Sequence record: ON529850.1
DNA: 64,000 nucleotides
Strand: one strand, 5' to 3'
Below the pieces are notes generated by a model. The model searched no databases and was not told the DNA's origin. It worked only from the letters and a program-made list of their open reading frames with translations. A program made the translations under genes and the position numbers. This document shows, in pieces, positions 8,895 to 18,191 of the stretch (its first letter is position 1; every line of letters starts with the position of its first letter).

Positions 8895-9329
8895 TTAGGC
8901 CTTCGAGTTCGGAGCCGCGAACGCGTAGTACGAGACCGAAGCGCCCGAACCCAGTTCGGCGAAGATGCGGATGCCAGCGGCATCGGCGTCAGCAGCCTTC
9001 AGGGTGGCCGGGTCGAACTTCAGCACGACCACGCTGCCGATCAGGGCAGCGGCGTCGATCGAACCGCCGGGGGCGTCGACCGGGTTGGCGCCGGCGGCGT
9101 CAACGGTCTGAACCTTCAGGGCGGCGTCGCCGGTGGCAGCGTCGACGACGACGATGACGTCGAACGGCGTCTGGCCGTACATGTTCTTCAGATCGCCGCA
9201 ACCGGCGGTCAGACGGTGCAGGTCAACGACCTGGCCGCCAGCAGCCGAAGCCGCCACAGCGGTGGCGCGATCCGAAAGGCTACGCAGCGCCAGGAGGGCG
9301 TCGTAACCGTGCTTGATCTTGGAGTTCAT
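8895..9329 (-). CDS. Putative minor capsid / head decoration protein, 144 aa
   Basis: Directly downstream of the major capsid gene and before the operon terminator, as in phiCbK-like phages; function inferred from position. Confidence 0.65.
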   Translation of the reverse strand: MNSKIKHGYDALLALRSLSDRATAVAASAAGGQVVDLHRLTAGCGDLKNMYGQTPFDVIVVVDAATGDAALKVQTVDAAGANPVDAPGGSIDAAALIGSVVVLKFDPATLKAADADAAGIRIFAELGSGASVSYYAFAAPNSKA

Positions 9330-9404
9330 CTCAGAGATGTCCTTAGAAGGTGGTGGTGTTGTGGAAAGCCGGGGTGACCGAAGTCACCCCGTTGGGGTCA
9401 CCGC

Positions 9405-10340
9405 TTACGCGGTCACCGCCGCCTTCTTGATGCCCCAGACGCGAGCGGCAGCGCGGCCCGACAGCACCGCGAGGCTGATCAGCCACTCGATGCGGGTGCG
9501 GTAAACCGGCTTGTCGTTGACCTGACCCAGGTCGTCGACTTCCATCACGCCGTTTTGCAGGCCGATGACGCCCGAGTCGCCCACGTTCACGACGTAGATC
9601 GAGGTGCCAACGGGAGCGCCGCCACCGGGGCAGGCTTCGTTGAAGTCGATCACTTGCGTGTTCGTGTCGTCGTAGTCGGTGGTCAGGATCGGCAGGTCGT
9701 TATAGAACGCGACGCGCGTTCCATATTCGTCCTTGTCCCAGGTGATGAAGCCGGCGACCGAAGTCTGGCGCGAAGCGGCCGACAGCAGGTTGCGCATGCG
9801 CTTCGACATGATCAGGTGCGTGGCGCCGTCGACAGCGTCGATGGCTTCGTCCAGCACTTGCAGCGACAGAGCGTCACCGCCAGCGGTGGCGCCGGCCGGG
9901 ATCAGCTGATCGCCGACGATGCGCTTGCGCAGGCCGTCGAATTCACGCGGATCGGCTTCCGAGTCGCCGTTGATGATCTTGCCGGCCAGGAAGAGCGACA
10001 GGGCCTTGACCTTCATCTTTTCCTGCATGGTGCGGATGTTCGCGCCATGAGTACGGATGAGGGCCTTATCGACGTCCAGGTCGCCGCCGACGATCTTCAG
10101 AACTTCGACTTGCGAGTTGATGACGCCGACGCCGTTCCCGTAAGCTTCGTTGAAGCCACGGAAAGCCACGCCCGGCAGCTGGCCTTCTTGGGTGTAGGTG
10201 TACGAACCACCCGGCACGTCCATGAAGGGGAGGACCTTCAGGAGGTCCGGATAAGCGAACAGCTCGATGATCGCCGAGCGCTTCACTTCGTCGTTGCCCA
10301 TAGCCAGGTCAGAGGCTTCGAGCAGGGTCAAGGCAGCCAT
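9405..10340 (-). CDS. Major capsid protein, 311 aa
   Basis: HK97-type MCP features (LPFMDVPGGSYTYTQEGQLPGVAFRGFNE; GGDLDVDKAL; GDSEADPREFDGLRKR); strong RBS AGAGGAG; preceded by a scaffold-like gene. Confidence 0.9.
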   Translation of the reverse strand: MAALTLLEASDLAMGNDEVKRSAIIELFAYPDLLKVLPFMDVPGGSYTYTQEGQLPGVAFRGFNEAYGNGVGVINSQVEVLKIVGGDLDVDKALIRTHGANIRTMQEKMKVKALSLFLAGKIINGDSEADPREFDGLRKRIVGDQLIPAGATAGGDALSLQVLDEAIDAVDGATHLIMSKRMRNLLSAASRQTSVAGFITWDKDEYGTRVAFYNDLPILTTDYDDTNTQVIDFNEACPGGGAPVGTSIYVVNVGDSGVIGLQNGVMEVDDLGQVNDKPVYRTRIEWLISLAVLSGRAAARVWGIKKAAVTA

Positions 10341-10347
10341 TGGCTGT

Positions 10348-10475
10348 CTCCTCTAGGTTTCATGGTGGTCGTGTTCAGGGAGGCGGCCCCCGCCTCGGGC
10401 TCCCCCTCGGACCGACCACCGTCAGCACCCGAGGGAATAATTTTGAGTCACCTTTTCCGAAGAAACGTGACTCAA
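10348..10475 (-). promoter_or_regulatory. Structured 5' leader of the major capsid gene (UUCG hairpin plus possible pseudoknot)
   Basis: GAGTCAC/GTGACTC stem (10445-10473) with a UUCG loop on the minus strand; crossing pairings 10404-10410 with 10429-10435 and 10364-10371 with 10413-10420. Confidence 0.5.
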
Positions 10476-10701
10476 TTCTGTGCGGATCGCCCCGTGGCGC
10501 TCGACGCGAAAGTGGTTGCCCGTTCGGGCGAAATCTGTGCCGGCTTTTGACGAGAGCCGGCCAACTCGGGGCCTGGAGTAGAAAGGAGGAAACACCTCCA
10601 AGCCCGGTCGACCTGAATGAACAGGCCTAGACATGACGGGGTCATACCCGACGTTTTAGGTCCGCCGACCAACCCCTTGGCGGAGGGGATTTCCGTGCGT
10701 C

Positions 10702-11496
10702 TTACAGACGCGAAGCGCGATCGCCGTTCGCCAGGGCCAGCTTGTCGGCCGCCGACAGGTTGCGCATCTCGGCCTGGGTCTTGCCCAGAGCGCCGCGCTG
10801 CCCGCCGTCCGCACCGCCGCCAGCCGCGCCGCCGCCGTGAGTGCCCTTGAAGTAGTGAGGCGCTTCGTCCTTCAGCTTCAGAATCCACTCCTTGGGCGTC
10901 AGCGGCGAGCCGCCGTCAGCACCGTACAGTTGCAGATCGCCCTGGTAGGCCAGAACGCGACCATCATCGCCGGCGCGCCAGACTTCCGTCGCGCGGTGCA
11001 GGATGTCGCGGACGGCCGCCGGAGCGACGCCCAGTTCCGGGTCGATCAGAGCGTCCTTGATGGCGGTATTCACCAGGGTGCGCTTGTAGGTCGATTCCAG
11101 ATCGGTGGCCTTGGTCTTCCAGTTGGCGCCTTCCTTCTGGGCGGCGCGAATCTGGTCCTCCAGGACCTTCTTCATATCTTCGGTCCGGCGGATCACTTCT
11201 TCTTCGATCCGGCGGCTGTCGGTCAGCTGACCATCCTTCACGCGCTGCGACGTCGCGCGCAGTTCAGTCAGGTCGTTGACAAAGGCGGTGGGGTCTTCGC
11301 CGACGATCGGCTCCAGCGTCTCCACCTTCTTCTTCAGCTCGTCGCGTTCCTTGACGAGCGTGATGTTGGTCTCGCGGAATTCGTCCAGTTTTTCCTGGGC
11401 GACGAGGTTGATTTGGACCTTGTCCCCATCAGCCTTGGCATAGCTGCGGAGCGGCTCCGGAATCTGATCCAGAGTGTCGAAAGTGCAAATGGGCAT
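10702..11496 (-). CDS. Capsid scaffolding protein (likely start MPICTF at 11496), 264 aa
   Basis: Predicted coiled-coil, charged protein with a Gly-rich linker and short C-terminal helix, immediately upstream of the MCP. Confidence 0.7.
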   Translation of the reverse strand: MPICTFDTLDQIPEPLRSYAKADGDKVQINLVAQEKLDEFRETNITLVKERDELKKKVETLEPIVGEDPTAFVNDLTELRATSQRVKDGQLTDSRRIEEEVIRRTEDMKKVLEDQIRAAQKEGANWKTKATDLESTYKRTLVNTAIKDALIDPELGVAPAAVRDILHRATEVWRAGDDGRVLAYQGDLQLYGADGGSPLTPKEWILKLKDEAPHYFKGTHGGGAAGGGADGGQRGALGKTQAEMRNLSAADKLALANGDRASRL

Positions 11497-11613
11497 TACT
11501 GAGTTGTTTCTCTTGCGCCCTGGACCCCAGGGCATGGCGCTACGACCCGTGCGTCGCGAGATGATTTTACGGTGGGACCGGCTTCGGGGCCGTTCTCCTT
11601 CGGGATGACGCGG

Positions 11614-11642
11614 ACCCTATCAAAAAAGATTGGAAATGTCAA
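11614..11642 (-). promoter_or_regulatory. sigma70-type promoter for the scaffold/capsid operon
   Basis: Minus strand TTGACA-N17-TAGGGT. Confidence 0.65.
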
Positions 11643-11716
11643 GAATCTCCTCAATTAAGTATTGACTGCCAGGATTCACGGCGCTACTGATTGGGGTTTG
11701 CCCAAAGAGTGACCCC

Positions 11717-12289
11717 TTAGGAAGGCAGTTGTTTCTTTTGGGTCTTGACAGTATTGCGCGACTTCCGTTCAATGACGAAGCCGTAACGCGCCATATCCGA
11801 GGCGCTCTTTTCCTTGTGACAGGGATCGGTGCAGAGTATCTGGACGTTCTCTGGTTCCCAGAATGACCAATCGCCAAATGCCAGGAACAACGGCACTACG
11901 TGATCTGCTTGCCATTTATCCGACAAGCGATTCCACACCTTCCCGCACTTAGCACATTTACCTTCGTCCCGCAAGAAGACGTGCTGACGCATCACCTTCG
12001 GATCGGAACGGAGCAAGTATTGGTTCACGCACGTCTGGCCGCACCAAGAACGGCGCAGATTCAACGTCACGCCGTCTACTTTAAAAATCTTCACGCCACA
12101 CCACCGGCAGTGTCCGGGCGGCTGACGCGTAATTTTCGACGGGTGGGTGCGGTGGTTGTAGGACACAGGCAGTTTGGACCCGCGCGGTTTCTTCGACCGG
12201 CGCGGTCGGCTCGACGCACGGCGTCGGCGGGTAATCGTATTGGCGGTCGTCTTCGGGGGAGATGCGCGCCGCTTTGGGCGGCGGGCCAT
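11717..12289 (-). CDS. HNH endonuclease (start uncertain)
   Basis: RDEGKCAKCG...WQADHVVPL...ENVQILCTDPCHKEKS HNH motif with Cys pairs. Confidence 0.8.
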   Translation of the reverse strand: MARRPKRRASPPKTTANTITRRRRASSRPRRSKKPRGSKLPVSYNHRTHPSKITRQPPGHCRWCGVKIFKVDGVTLNLRRSWCGQTCVNQYLLRSDPKVMRQHVFLRDEGKCAKCGKVWNRLSDKWQADHVVPLFLAFGDWSFWEPENVQILCTDPCHKEKSASDMARYGFVIERKSRNTVKTQKKQLPS

Positions 12290-12319
12290 CAGGCGTCAGC
12301 CGGCTTTCGCCGTTCGTCT

Positions 12320-12775
12320 TCAGTCATCGGAAAAGAGGTGACGCAGCGCCATCGCGTCCCAGTAGGCATTGTGCTGGACGGCGCCTTCCAGCGAAGTCGG
12401 GTAGGATTGAACCCGCATCATCTCAAAGGTGAGGTGATGTTTGGCGACCATCTCACCAGGCCCCGTCATGAGCGCTCGGCAGAAGTAGGCGATGTCGTCC
12501 GGCCAGTCCGAGATGATGTGCGGTCGGTCATCCCCCAGAAGGAAGGCGGCGATGGTCCGCGCAGCATCCGCCGGCGTCAAACCCTTCCAGATCGCCAGGC
12601 CGTCCGGAACCGATTCCAACAACGGCTTGACGTTCTCCTCAACCCAAGGCGTGCAGGGTTGTTCGGCTCGGTCCAGGATGATGTAGAGAGACTTGGCGCC
12701 GTCTTGCCGAATCAGCGCGAGACTGAGAAGATCACCGCCGAAGCCGTCGAACTCACAGTCGAGAAAATAGTTCAT
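12320..12775 (-). CDS. DEDDh-type 3'-5' exonuclease (Rv2179c-like), 151 aa
   Basis: FLDCEF at the N-terminus, SDWPDD, and C-terminal HNAYWDA. Confidence 0.75.
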   Translation of the reverse strand: MNYFLDCEFDGFGGDLLSLALIRQDGAKSLYIILDRAEQPCTPWVEENVKPLLESVPDGLAIWKGLTPADAARTIAAFLLGDDRPHIISDWPDDIAYFCRALMTGPGEMVAKHHLTFEMMRVQSYPTSLEGAVQHNAYWDAMALRHLFSDD

Positions 12776-12807
12776 AGGTAATTGTTACAGGTGACGTTCA
12801 CGGCCGT

Positions 12808-13080
12808 TTACGTCAACTTCCCCTTCAGCGCCGCCAGGTGCGCCAGGTTGTCGTGGTGGATGCGGATGTGGTCGAGGAGCGCTTCGTAGGTCGCCAGGGC
12901 CTGGAGCCGCGACGCCTCCACGTCCGAACCGGACACGCGCCCTTTCGTTGGCGTGGTCGTCATCAGCTTGACGTAAGCGTTGTGCGCCAGGGCGTATTCG
13001 TGGTTGAGCGAATCGATGTCGCGTCGAGACGCCGTGGCGTCAGCGATCGCCTTCTTGATCGCGTCTTTGCGTGCACTCAT
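12808..13080 (-). CDS. Hypothetical protein, 90 aa
   Basis: Coupled ORF in operon. Confidence 0.6.
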   Translation of the reverse strand: MSARKDAIKKAIADATASRRDIDSLNHEYALAHNAYVKLMTTTPTKGRVSGSDVEASRLQALATYEALLDHIRIHHDNLAHLAALKGKLT

Positions 13081-13568
13081 AGGCGGGTGTGTTCGTCCCC
13101 ATCGTCGATGTCCGGAAAGCCGGCAAAATTCCCCTTAAGCAGGGGGTGTGCTCGACAGTCTTCCATGGACTTCCCGCATTCATCGACCTGTTGGAATGTC
13201 GTCGTGTGCGGGAACAGCTGCGCGGCTTCTTCGGGAAGCCCTTCGAACAGCAGGTCCAGCTCTTCCAGCGTCCACGGGCCGTCAGGATTCCGTTCCAGGA
13301 TGTCGTCTTTCGCGGCGGTCATTTTGTACCCCAGATGCGTCAGCATGAAACGCAGGAGACCACCGGGCGGCGGCGCGACCTGGTCGGCATATTCCTCCGG
13401 AGGCATATTCCAGTGCACGACGACTTCTCCCGTCACCGCCAGCGGGAAAGACCGATGCACCGATCCTTGCGAATCAGCCAGGATAGCGGCATAGAGGTCG
13501 GGGTCCGACAGATAGAGGCCGCGCTCATCCCGCTCCTGGGCGATCTCGGCCGGCGTCTTAGAGTCCAT
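13077..13568 (-). CDS. Hypothetical protein, 163 aa
   Basis: Overlapping start/stop with neighbours. Confidence 0.6.
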   Translation of the reverse strand: MDSKTPAEIAQERDERGLYLSDPDLYAAILADSQGSVHRSFPLAVTGEVVVHWNMPPEEYADQVAPPPGGLLRFMLTHLGYKMTAAKDDILERNPDGPWTLEELDLLFEGLPEEAAQLFPHTTTFQQVDECGKSMEDCRAHPLLKGNFAGFPDIDDGDEHTRL

Positions 13569-13788
13569 GTTCGCACGCCTCCTTCAGCGCCTGGATCAGC
13601 TGGTTCGCCTGGCTCTCGTAGAGGAAGGAACGTCGGGTCGCTTCAGCAGCGAGTTCATCGGGCGTCACGGTCGGTTTCATCAAATCCACCTCGGCGTAGA
13701 GCGCCTTGTAGGCCAAGGCCCAGGCGAGACGTCGGGTAGATTGGACCGGCGCGGGCCATTTCAGCAGCAGGGCGTCAACTTGCGGCAC
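13558..13788 (-). CDS. Hypothetical protein, 76 aa
   Basis: Coupled ORF. Confidence 0.55.
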   Translation of the reverse strand: MPQVDALLLKWPAPVQSTRRLAWALAYKALYAEVDLMKPTVTPDELAAEATRRSFLYESQANQLIQALKEACEHGL

Positions 13789-14218
13789 GGTGGTCTTCCT
13801 CTTGCAGCGGTTCCGCGCGTGGGGCCAGGCCGGCGCGAACCTGTTCGATCCATTCCCGCCGCGCTTCGTCAGCGCAGTCGCGCGCCGGAAGATACGGACG
13901 GAACCCGATCACGACGGCGGAGCCTGGAGATTCGTAGATGATCTCGACTGCATCCGCCTGGGCCAGGTCGCTTTCCAGCTCTTCCTCCGGGCCGGCGATC
14001 TCCAGGATCGCCAAGGCGAGACGGCGCGCCAGCCGCCGATCGAACAACATCTGGTTCTGCGGCGCGACGATCTCGACGCAGCGTCCGTCAGGATTGCCGA
14101 TAGTGCGGAAGACGTGATGGAAGCGCGGGTCCATCGCCTCGGTGCAGCGCCAGACCATCAATCCGCCTTGGATCGTCCGGACGAACGCCGCATCGGGCGG
14201 CGGAACCGACTTCGTCAA
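13775..14218 (-). CDS. Hypothetical protein, 147 aa
   Basis: TTG start overlapping the stop of a 42-aa ORF (14215-14343). Confidence 0.55.
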   Translation of the reverse strand: MTKSVPPPDAAFVRTIQGGLMVWRCTEAMDPRFHHVFRTIGNPDGRCVEIVAPQNQMLFDRRLARRLALAILEIAGPEEELESDLAQADAVEIIYESPGSAVVIGFRPYLPARDCADEARREWIEQVRAGLAPRAEPLQEEDHRAAS

Positions 14219-14356
14219 CGCGGCGCCGTGGAGATGGTGGTGATGGCCGAGGTGTTCATCAGCGCCGAGCGCAGCGATTCATAACGGCGCGGCGCCAGGT
14301 AAGCCGGAACGATCGGAGCGAACAGCTTCGTCAAGGTCATCATGTCGGGAAGAAAC

Positions 14357-14593
14357 TCAGTTCGGGGGACGCCGTCCGCCCAGTTGCAGAAAATACATCA
14401 CGGCGCCGAAAGCGCCGACGAGACAGAAAAACGCCCCGACCGCATGGGCGAGAGGCGTTTCTCCAGGCGCCGCATCAAGATACGGCACGACGATCTGCGC
14501 GAAGACCACCATGAACCATGCGGCGACGACCAGCATCAAGCTGCGGCGCTGCGCTCGGGTCACAGCCGGTCTCCCCACTTGGAGAAGGCCCAC
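14357..14593 (-). CDS. Small membrane protein (two hydrophobic segments)
   Basis: LMLVVAAWFMVVFAQIVV and AVGAFFCLVGAFGAVMYFL. Confidence 0.55.
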   Translation of the reverse strand: MGLLQVGRPAVTRAQRRSLMLVVAAWFMVVFAQIVVPYLDAAPGETPLAHAVGAFFCLVGAFGAVMYFLQLGGRRPPN

Positions 14594-14820
14594 TCTGCGA
14601 GGAGATAGAGGCCTGCCGCCGCGTTGGGGATCACGGCGCCGACTGTCATCGGCAAGAACGTCAACCTGAGATCATGATGCCACAAAGCGTATGGCAACGC
14701 CAGAATTCCCCCAACGATCGCGCCGAGAAACGCCAACCCCACCACCCCGCCGACAATGGCGAGCGCGACGAGCCAGGACATCGTGCCGCCCCAGCTATGC
14801 CCGAAGCCTGAAGCGTCCAT
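14560..14820 (-). CDS. Small membrane protein
   Basis: Long hydrophobic stretches. Confidence 0.55.
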   Translation of the reverse strand: MDASGFGHSWGGTMSWLVALAIVGGVVGLAFLGAIVGGILALPYALWHHDLRLTFLPMTVGAVIPNAAAGLYLLAEWAFSKWGDRL

Positions 14821-15557
14821 CAGTCACTCCCCATCAACAGGGCATGGATGCGATCCCAGCCCGCGCTGTCGATCTTGTCAAGCGCCGACAGGAACAACCC
14901 AACCAGGCGATCCTTAGACACCTGGGGTCCCGCCATGCCGTGCTGCGGTGGTTGACCGCGCGGCGCGATGATGCCGGCCCAGGAATCCTCCTGGTTGAAC
15001 TTCTTCATCACCGTCAGGGTGACGTTGTGGCCTCGGCTCTCGTGGTATCGGCGCTTCGGGAAGCTGTAGGTGTCGCCCGCCATCAGAACCTGAACGCCGC
15101 CGATCTTGACGTCCACGCCTCGGCGGCGAATCGTCGGCTCCTCCGAGCCGAGGTGAGCCGGCATGACTTCCCACTCATCGAACGAGCCGTATCCGGGGAC
15201 GACCTGGTCTCCCGAACCCGCCGTGTGAACGGCTCCTTCGCCCACGTCGAGGAAGATGTTCGTCACCGCGCCGAGCAGCACCGTAGAAGTGAAGTCGAAG
15301 CGGTGGTCATGCCGACAGCCGAAGGATTCCGGTTCCGTCGGCAGGTCCGGGTGCCACAGGTGCAGCCGAACGTCCTCGCTCAGGTAGACCTGGGCGAAAC
15401 CGACGCCGGCGTGATAGCGCGGCTTCAGCCGCCCCGACACCAAGCCGGAACGCAAGTCGCCATGGAGCGGATGCCGGCGATCATTGTCGATGATCTCGGC
15501 GATCTTCTGATTGGCGGCTTCGGCGGCCTTCTTCAGCGTCGACGGATTGATGGTCAA
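14820..15557 (-). CDS. Hypothetical protein with cupin-like motifs (TTG start coupled to the DHH gene stop)
   Basis: RLHLWHP...HDHRFDFTSTVLLG and a later YHES motif, resembling double-stranded beta-helix metal sites. Confidence 0.5.
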   Translation of the reverse strand: MTINPSTLKKAAEAANQKIAEIIDNDRRHPLHGDLRSGLVSGRLKPRYHAGVGFAQVYLSEDVRLHLWHPDLPTEPESFGCRHDHRFDFTSTVLLGAVTNIFLDVGEGAVHTAGSGDQVVPGYGSFDEWEVMPAHLGSEEPTIRRRGVDVKIGGVQVLMAGDTYSFPKRRYHESRGHNVTLTVMKKFNQEDSWAGIIAPRGQPPQHGMAGPQVSKDRLVGLFLSALDKIDSAGWDRIHALLMGSD

Positions 15558-16468
15558 TTCACATCCCCTTCCCAACCCGACGGCGCGCGGAAGCCCGCCG
15601 CGTTCTTGTGCCCGCCGCCGCCGAACTCGCCCGCCACGAGCGAGACGTTGACCGCGCTCGGATCGTCCTTGTCGGAACGCAGAGAGAACGAGCGGGACCC
15701 GTCGGCCGCGTCGAAATAGATCGCCGCGAACGGCTCGCCCTTGCTCATGATGTTCCCGCCTTCCGAGGCGTAGATATAGGGCAGGTTCGCGACCGGGACA
15801 TCATAGCCGCCGATCGTCATGCGGCGCTTCGACGCCTTGATCGCGCCAGCGAGGTCGGAGTCGAACTTCTTGCAGAGCGCCCGGCCGATGTCGACCGCGA
15901 TGTCGAAGGTTTCGACCATCGACAAGCGCACCGCCGCGTCGGACCAGGCCTTGAACGTCATCGGGGTCAGGCCGAGCCAGGCGCTGATCTCCTTGGAGGA
16001 CGGCAGTTCCCACGTCCAGAGATCACGATCCTGGATGTAGCGAACCAGGTCCGGCAGGCGATCCGACTCCGTGACGCCGAAGCTGCGCGTGAACGCCGTG
16101 ACGTCGTCGCCATAGGCGAACTCCCACGCCAGCGCGGCGCCCGACTTGGTCATGTCGAACACGCCCTTGATCGTGCCGTCCTCGATCATCGGCTCCAGCA
16201 GGCGCTGCGCCGATTCGTGGTGATCCAGGATGGTGACCGACGCGGCTTCCGACACGATCTGCATCAGGTCGTCCGGCTTATAGGAGAAGTCGACCAGAAG
16301 AACGTGCTTGCCGGCGACGTCAGGAAGACTGTCAGCCTGATACTTGCCCGGCTGCATTTCGCAATCGGGCCAGCGCAGCTGGATCGCCCAGGCGGCGGTG
16401 AAGCCGTCGGCGCAAGGGTGGTGATAGATGCACAGTTCGGGCGTATAGCCCTCAGGAGCGCGATACAT
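15554..16468 (-). CDS. DHH/DHHA1 phosphoesterase (NrnB-like nanoRNase family), 304 aa from MYRAP
   Basis: IYHHPCADG, VDFS, ILDHH, DRDLW, FSLRS and GGGGHKNAAGF motifs. Confidence 0.85.
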   Translation of the reverse strand: MYRAPEGYTPELCIYHHPCADGFTAAWAIQLRWPDCEMQPGKYQADSLPDVAGKHVLLVDFSYKPDDLMQIVSEAASVTILDHHESAQRLLEPMIEDGTIKGVFDMTKSGAALAWEFAYGDDVTAFTRSFGVTESDRLPDLVRYIQDRDLWTWELPSSKEISAWLGLTPMTFKAWSDAAVRLSMVETFDIAVDIGRALCKKFDSDLAGAIKASKRRMTIGGYDVPVANLPYIYASEGGNIMSKGEPFAAIYFDAADGSRSFSLRSDKDDPSAVNVSLVAGEFGGGGHKNAAGFRAPSGWEGDVN

Positions 16469-16469
16469 C

Positions 16470-16670
16470 TCAGTCCTCGTCGCTTGCGAGGATTTCGATC
16501 TCAGCCGAACCCTCCTGGACCAGCTCCATCGAGTCGTCAGCGGACAGCGACGAGGAGATGTAGATTTCACCGTCTTCGTTGCGGCCGATGACGACGACGT
16601 CTTCGAGCTCGGCGTCCATGGCGTCGTCCAGAGCGCGATGGGGCGGGATACGGAACTTGGGCTTACTCAT
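16470..16670 (-). CDS. Hypothetical acidic protein, 66 aa
   Basis: Coupled ORF. Confidence 0.6.
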   Translation of the reverse strand: MSKPKFRIPPHRALDDAMDAELEDVVVIGRNEDGEIYISSSLSADDSMELVQEGSAEIEILASDED

Positions 16671-16703
16671 GTGGGGAACTTTTGAGGAAAAGGAAAAGGT
16701 TGG

Positions 16704-17096
16704 TCAGGCGCATGCCGGGCAGGGCACGGGATGCGGGGCCGGAACGCCGGCCGTTCGCACGACCTTGGCGCCGTAGCAGTTGGAGCAGGCGGTCGGATCG
16801 GCCGCCGCTTCCTTCTGCTTCATGGCGGTGATGCGCGCGGTGTGCTCGCAGCAGATGAAGCGATAGCCGTCTTTCGCGTCATATTTGATCGCGATCGGCA
16901 GCGCCTTTTCTTCCATGATCTTGTCGGCGAAATGCCGCAGCTCCCAGGCGGCGCGCATGCGGGCGATGTCGAGCGGGAGCTCTTCAACGCCGTAGGCGAG
17001 GCCGTTCGTCATCACGACGTGGGTCTCGGTCTTATCAAGAAAGACCGTAGCGATCTGCGCCGGATCGAGCAGAAACTTGTCCGAAAGCAGCAGCAT
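16704..17096 (-). CDS. Hypothetical protein with C-terminal CxxC...CxxC, 130 aa
   Basis: CSNCYG...CPAC possible zinc ribbon. Confidence 0.55.
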   Translation of the reverse strand: MLLLSDKFLLDPAQIATVFLDKTETHVVMTNGLAYGVEELPLDIARMRAAWELRHFADKIMEEKALPIAIKYDAKDGYRFICCEHTARITAMKQKEAAADPTACSNCYGAKVVRTAGVPAPHPVPCPACA

Positions 17097-17401
17097 CAGC
17101 TGGCCTCCGCCGGGCCGTAAGACAGCACGTCGACACGACCTTCGTCGTCCGCCGGCGCCAGAACCAGCGCGTAAACCGCACTGTCGCCGTGAGCCTCAGC
17201 CGCCAGACAATCCCGCCACTGCTTCTTCAGGTAGGCGATCGCGATCGGCTCTTCGACCACCTCGCACGGGTCGGCCCCCCAGTCTTGCCGGCAGATGTAG
17301 TGGACGTCTTCGCCGTCACGTTGGAACGTCCCGGCCTCGACGATCGAAGCGGGCTCGATGAAGAAGGCGGCGCCGTTGCTGCGTTGATGAAGTTGAATCA
17401 C
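17096..17401 (-). CDS. Hypothetical protein, 101 aa
   Basis: Coupled ORF. Confidence 0.55.
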   Translation of the reverse strand: MIQLHQRSNGAAFFIEPASIVEAGTFQRDGEDVHYICRQDWGADPCEVVEEPIAIAYLKKQWRDCLAAEAHGDSAVYALVLAPADDEGRVDVLSYGPAEAS

Positions 17402-17877
17402 AGGATCACCGTCGGGGCGTCGGGCGCCAGGTAAGGTTGAACAGCATGACGCACCCAGGCGTCATATTCGGTCGTTGTGATGCCGTCGGCCGGCTGGGGG
17501 CGGATCACGACCAGGCCGCGAAAGCCGTGATACCCCCGACTCTTGTAGGGGTAAGCGGCCGCCGGGTAAGGAATCACCCGAACGCCGTCGTCGCCAGGCA
17601 CGGCGTCGGGCTCCGCCACCAGGGGATACAGGTCTTCGGCCGCCTGGCGAGAAGGGACACAGTAGACCAGAGCGCCGCGCGGCGTTCCCAGAGCCGGAAG
17701 CGCCTGGGTGCGCCGACCCAACGCATAGGCGTCCAGCTGATCCTGGGTCGGTTCATGCAGATTCCGATGCGACGTCGGATAGGTGTGTCCTTTACGGCAG
17801 GTGTCGTTTCCGTTCGGACGCCGCTCACGCGACATGCCGTCTTCACCGCAGACGGGGCAATAACCGAGCACCCCCAT
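17398..17877 (-). CDS. Hypothetical protein with N-terminal CPVC, 159 aa
   Basis: Coupled ORF. Confidence 0.55.
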   Translation of the reverse strand: MGVLGYCPVCGEDGMSRERRPNGNDTCRKGHTYPTSHRNLHEPTQDQLDAYALGRRTQALPALGTPRGALVYCVPSRQAAEDLYPLVAEPDAVPGDDGVRVIPYPAAAYPYKSRGYHGFRGLVVIRPQPADGITTTEYDAWVRHAVQPYLAPDAPTVIL

Positions 17878-18191
17878 TACCAGCGCACCATGAAGCTGGG
17901 CCGGCCCGCATGACCGCCCTGGTAATACTCGCTGCGATAGCCAGCCACCCTGAGCTCGCGCGTCACCTCGTCGACCAGCTTGATCTTTTCCGGACCCACG
18001 CGGGGGTCGCCGAACAGATCATAGATGTCGGTGCTCACCTGGCCCTGGTTGGCGGCATGATCGATGCGCGCCTGGACGAGATAGAGCATCTCATCCAGCG
18101 TCACATTCGACATGGCGCGGCGCACTTCACGCGCCGGCGTCAGGGTGGACATGGACATCAGAGGCGCTTCGTCAGTCGACGGCATGATCAC
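17877..18191 (-). CDS. Hypothetical protein, 104 aa
   Basis: Coupled ORF. Confidence 0.55.
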   Translation of the reverse strand: MIMPSTDEAPLMSMSTLTPAREVRRAMSNVTLDEMLYLVQARIDHAANQGQVSTDIYDLFGDPRVGPEKIKLVDEVTRELRVAGYRSEYYQGGHAGRPSFMVRW

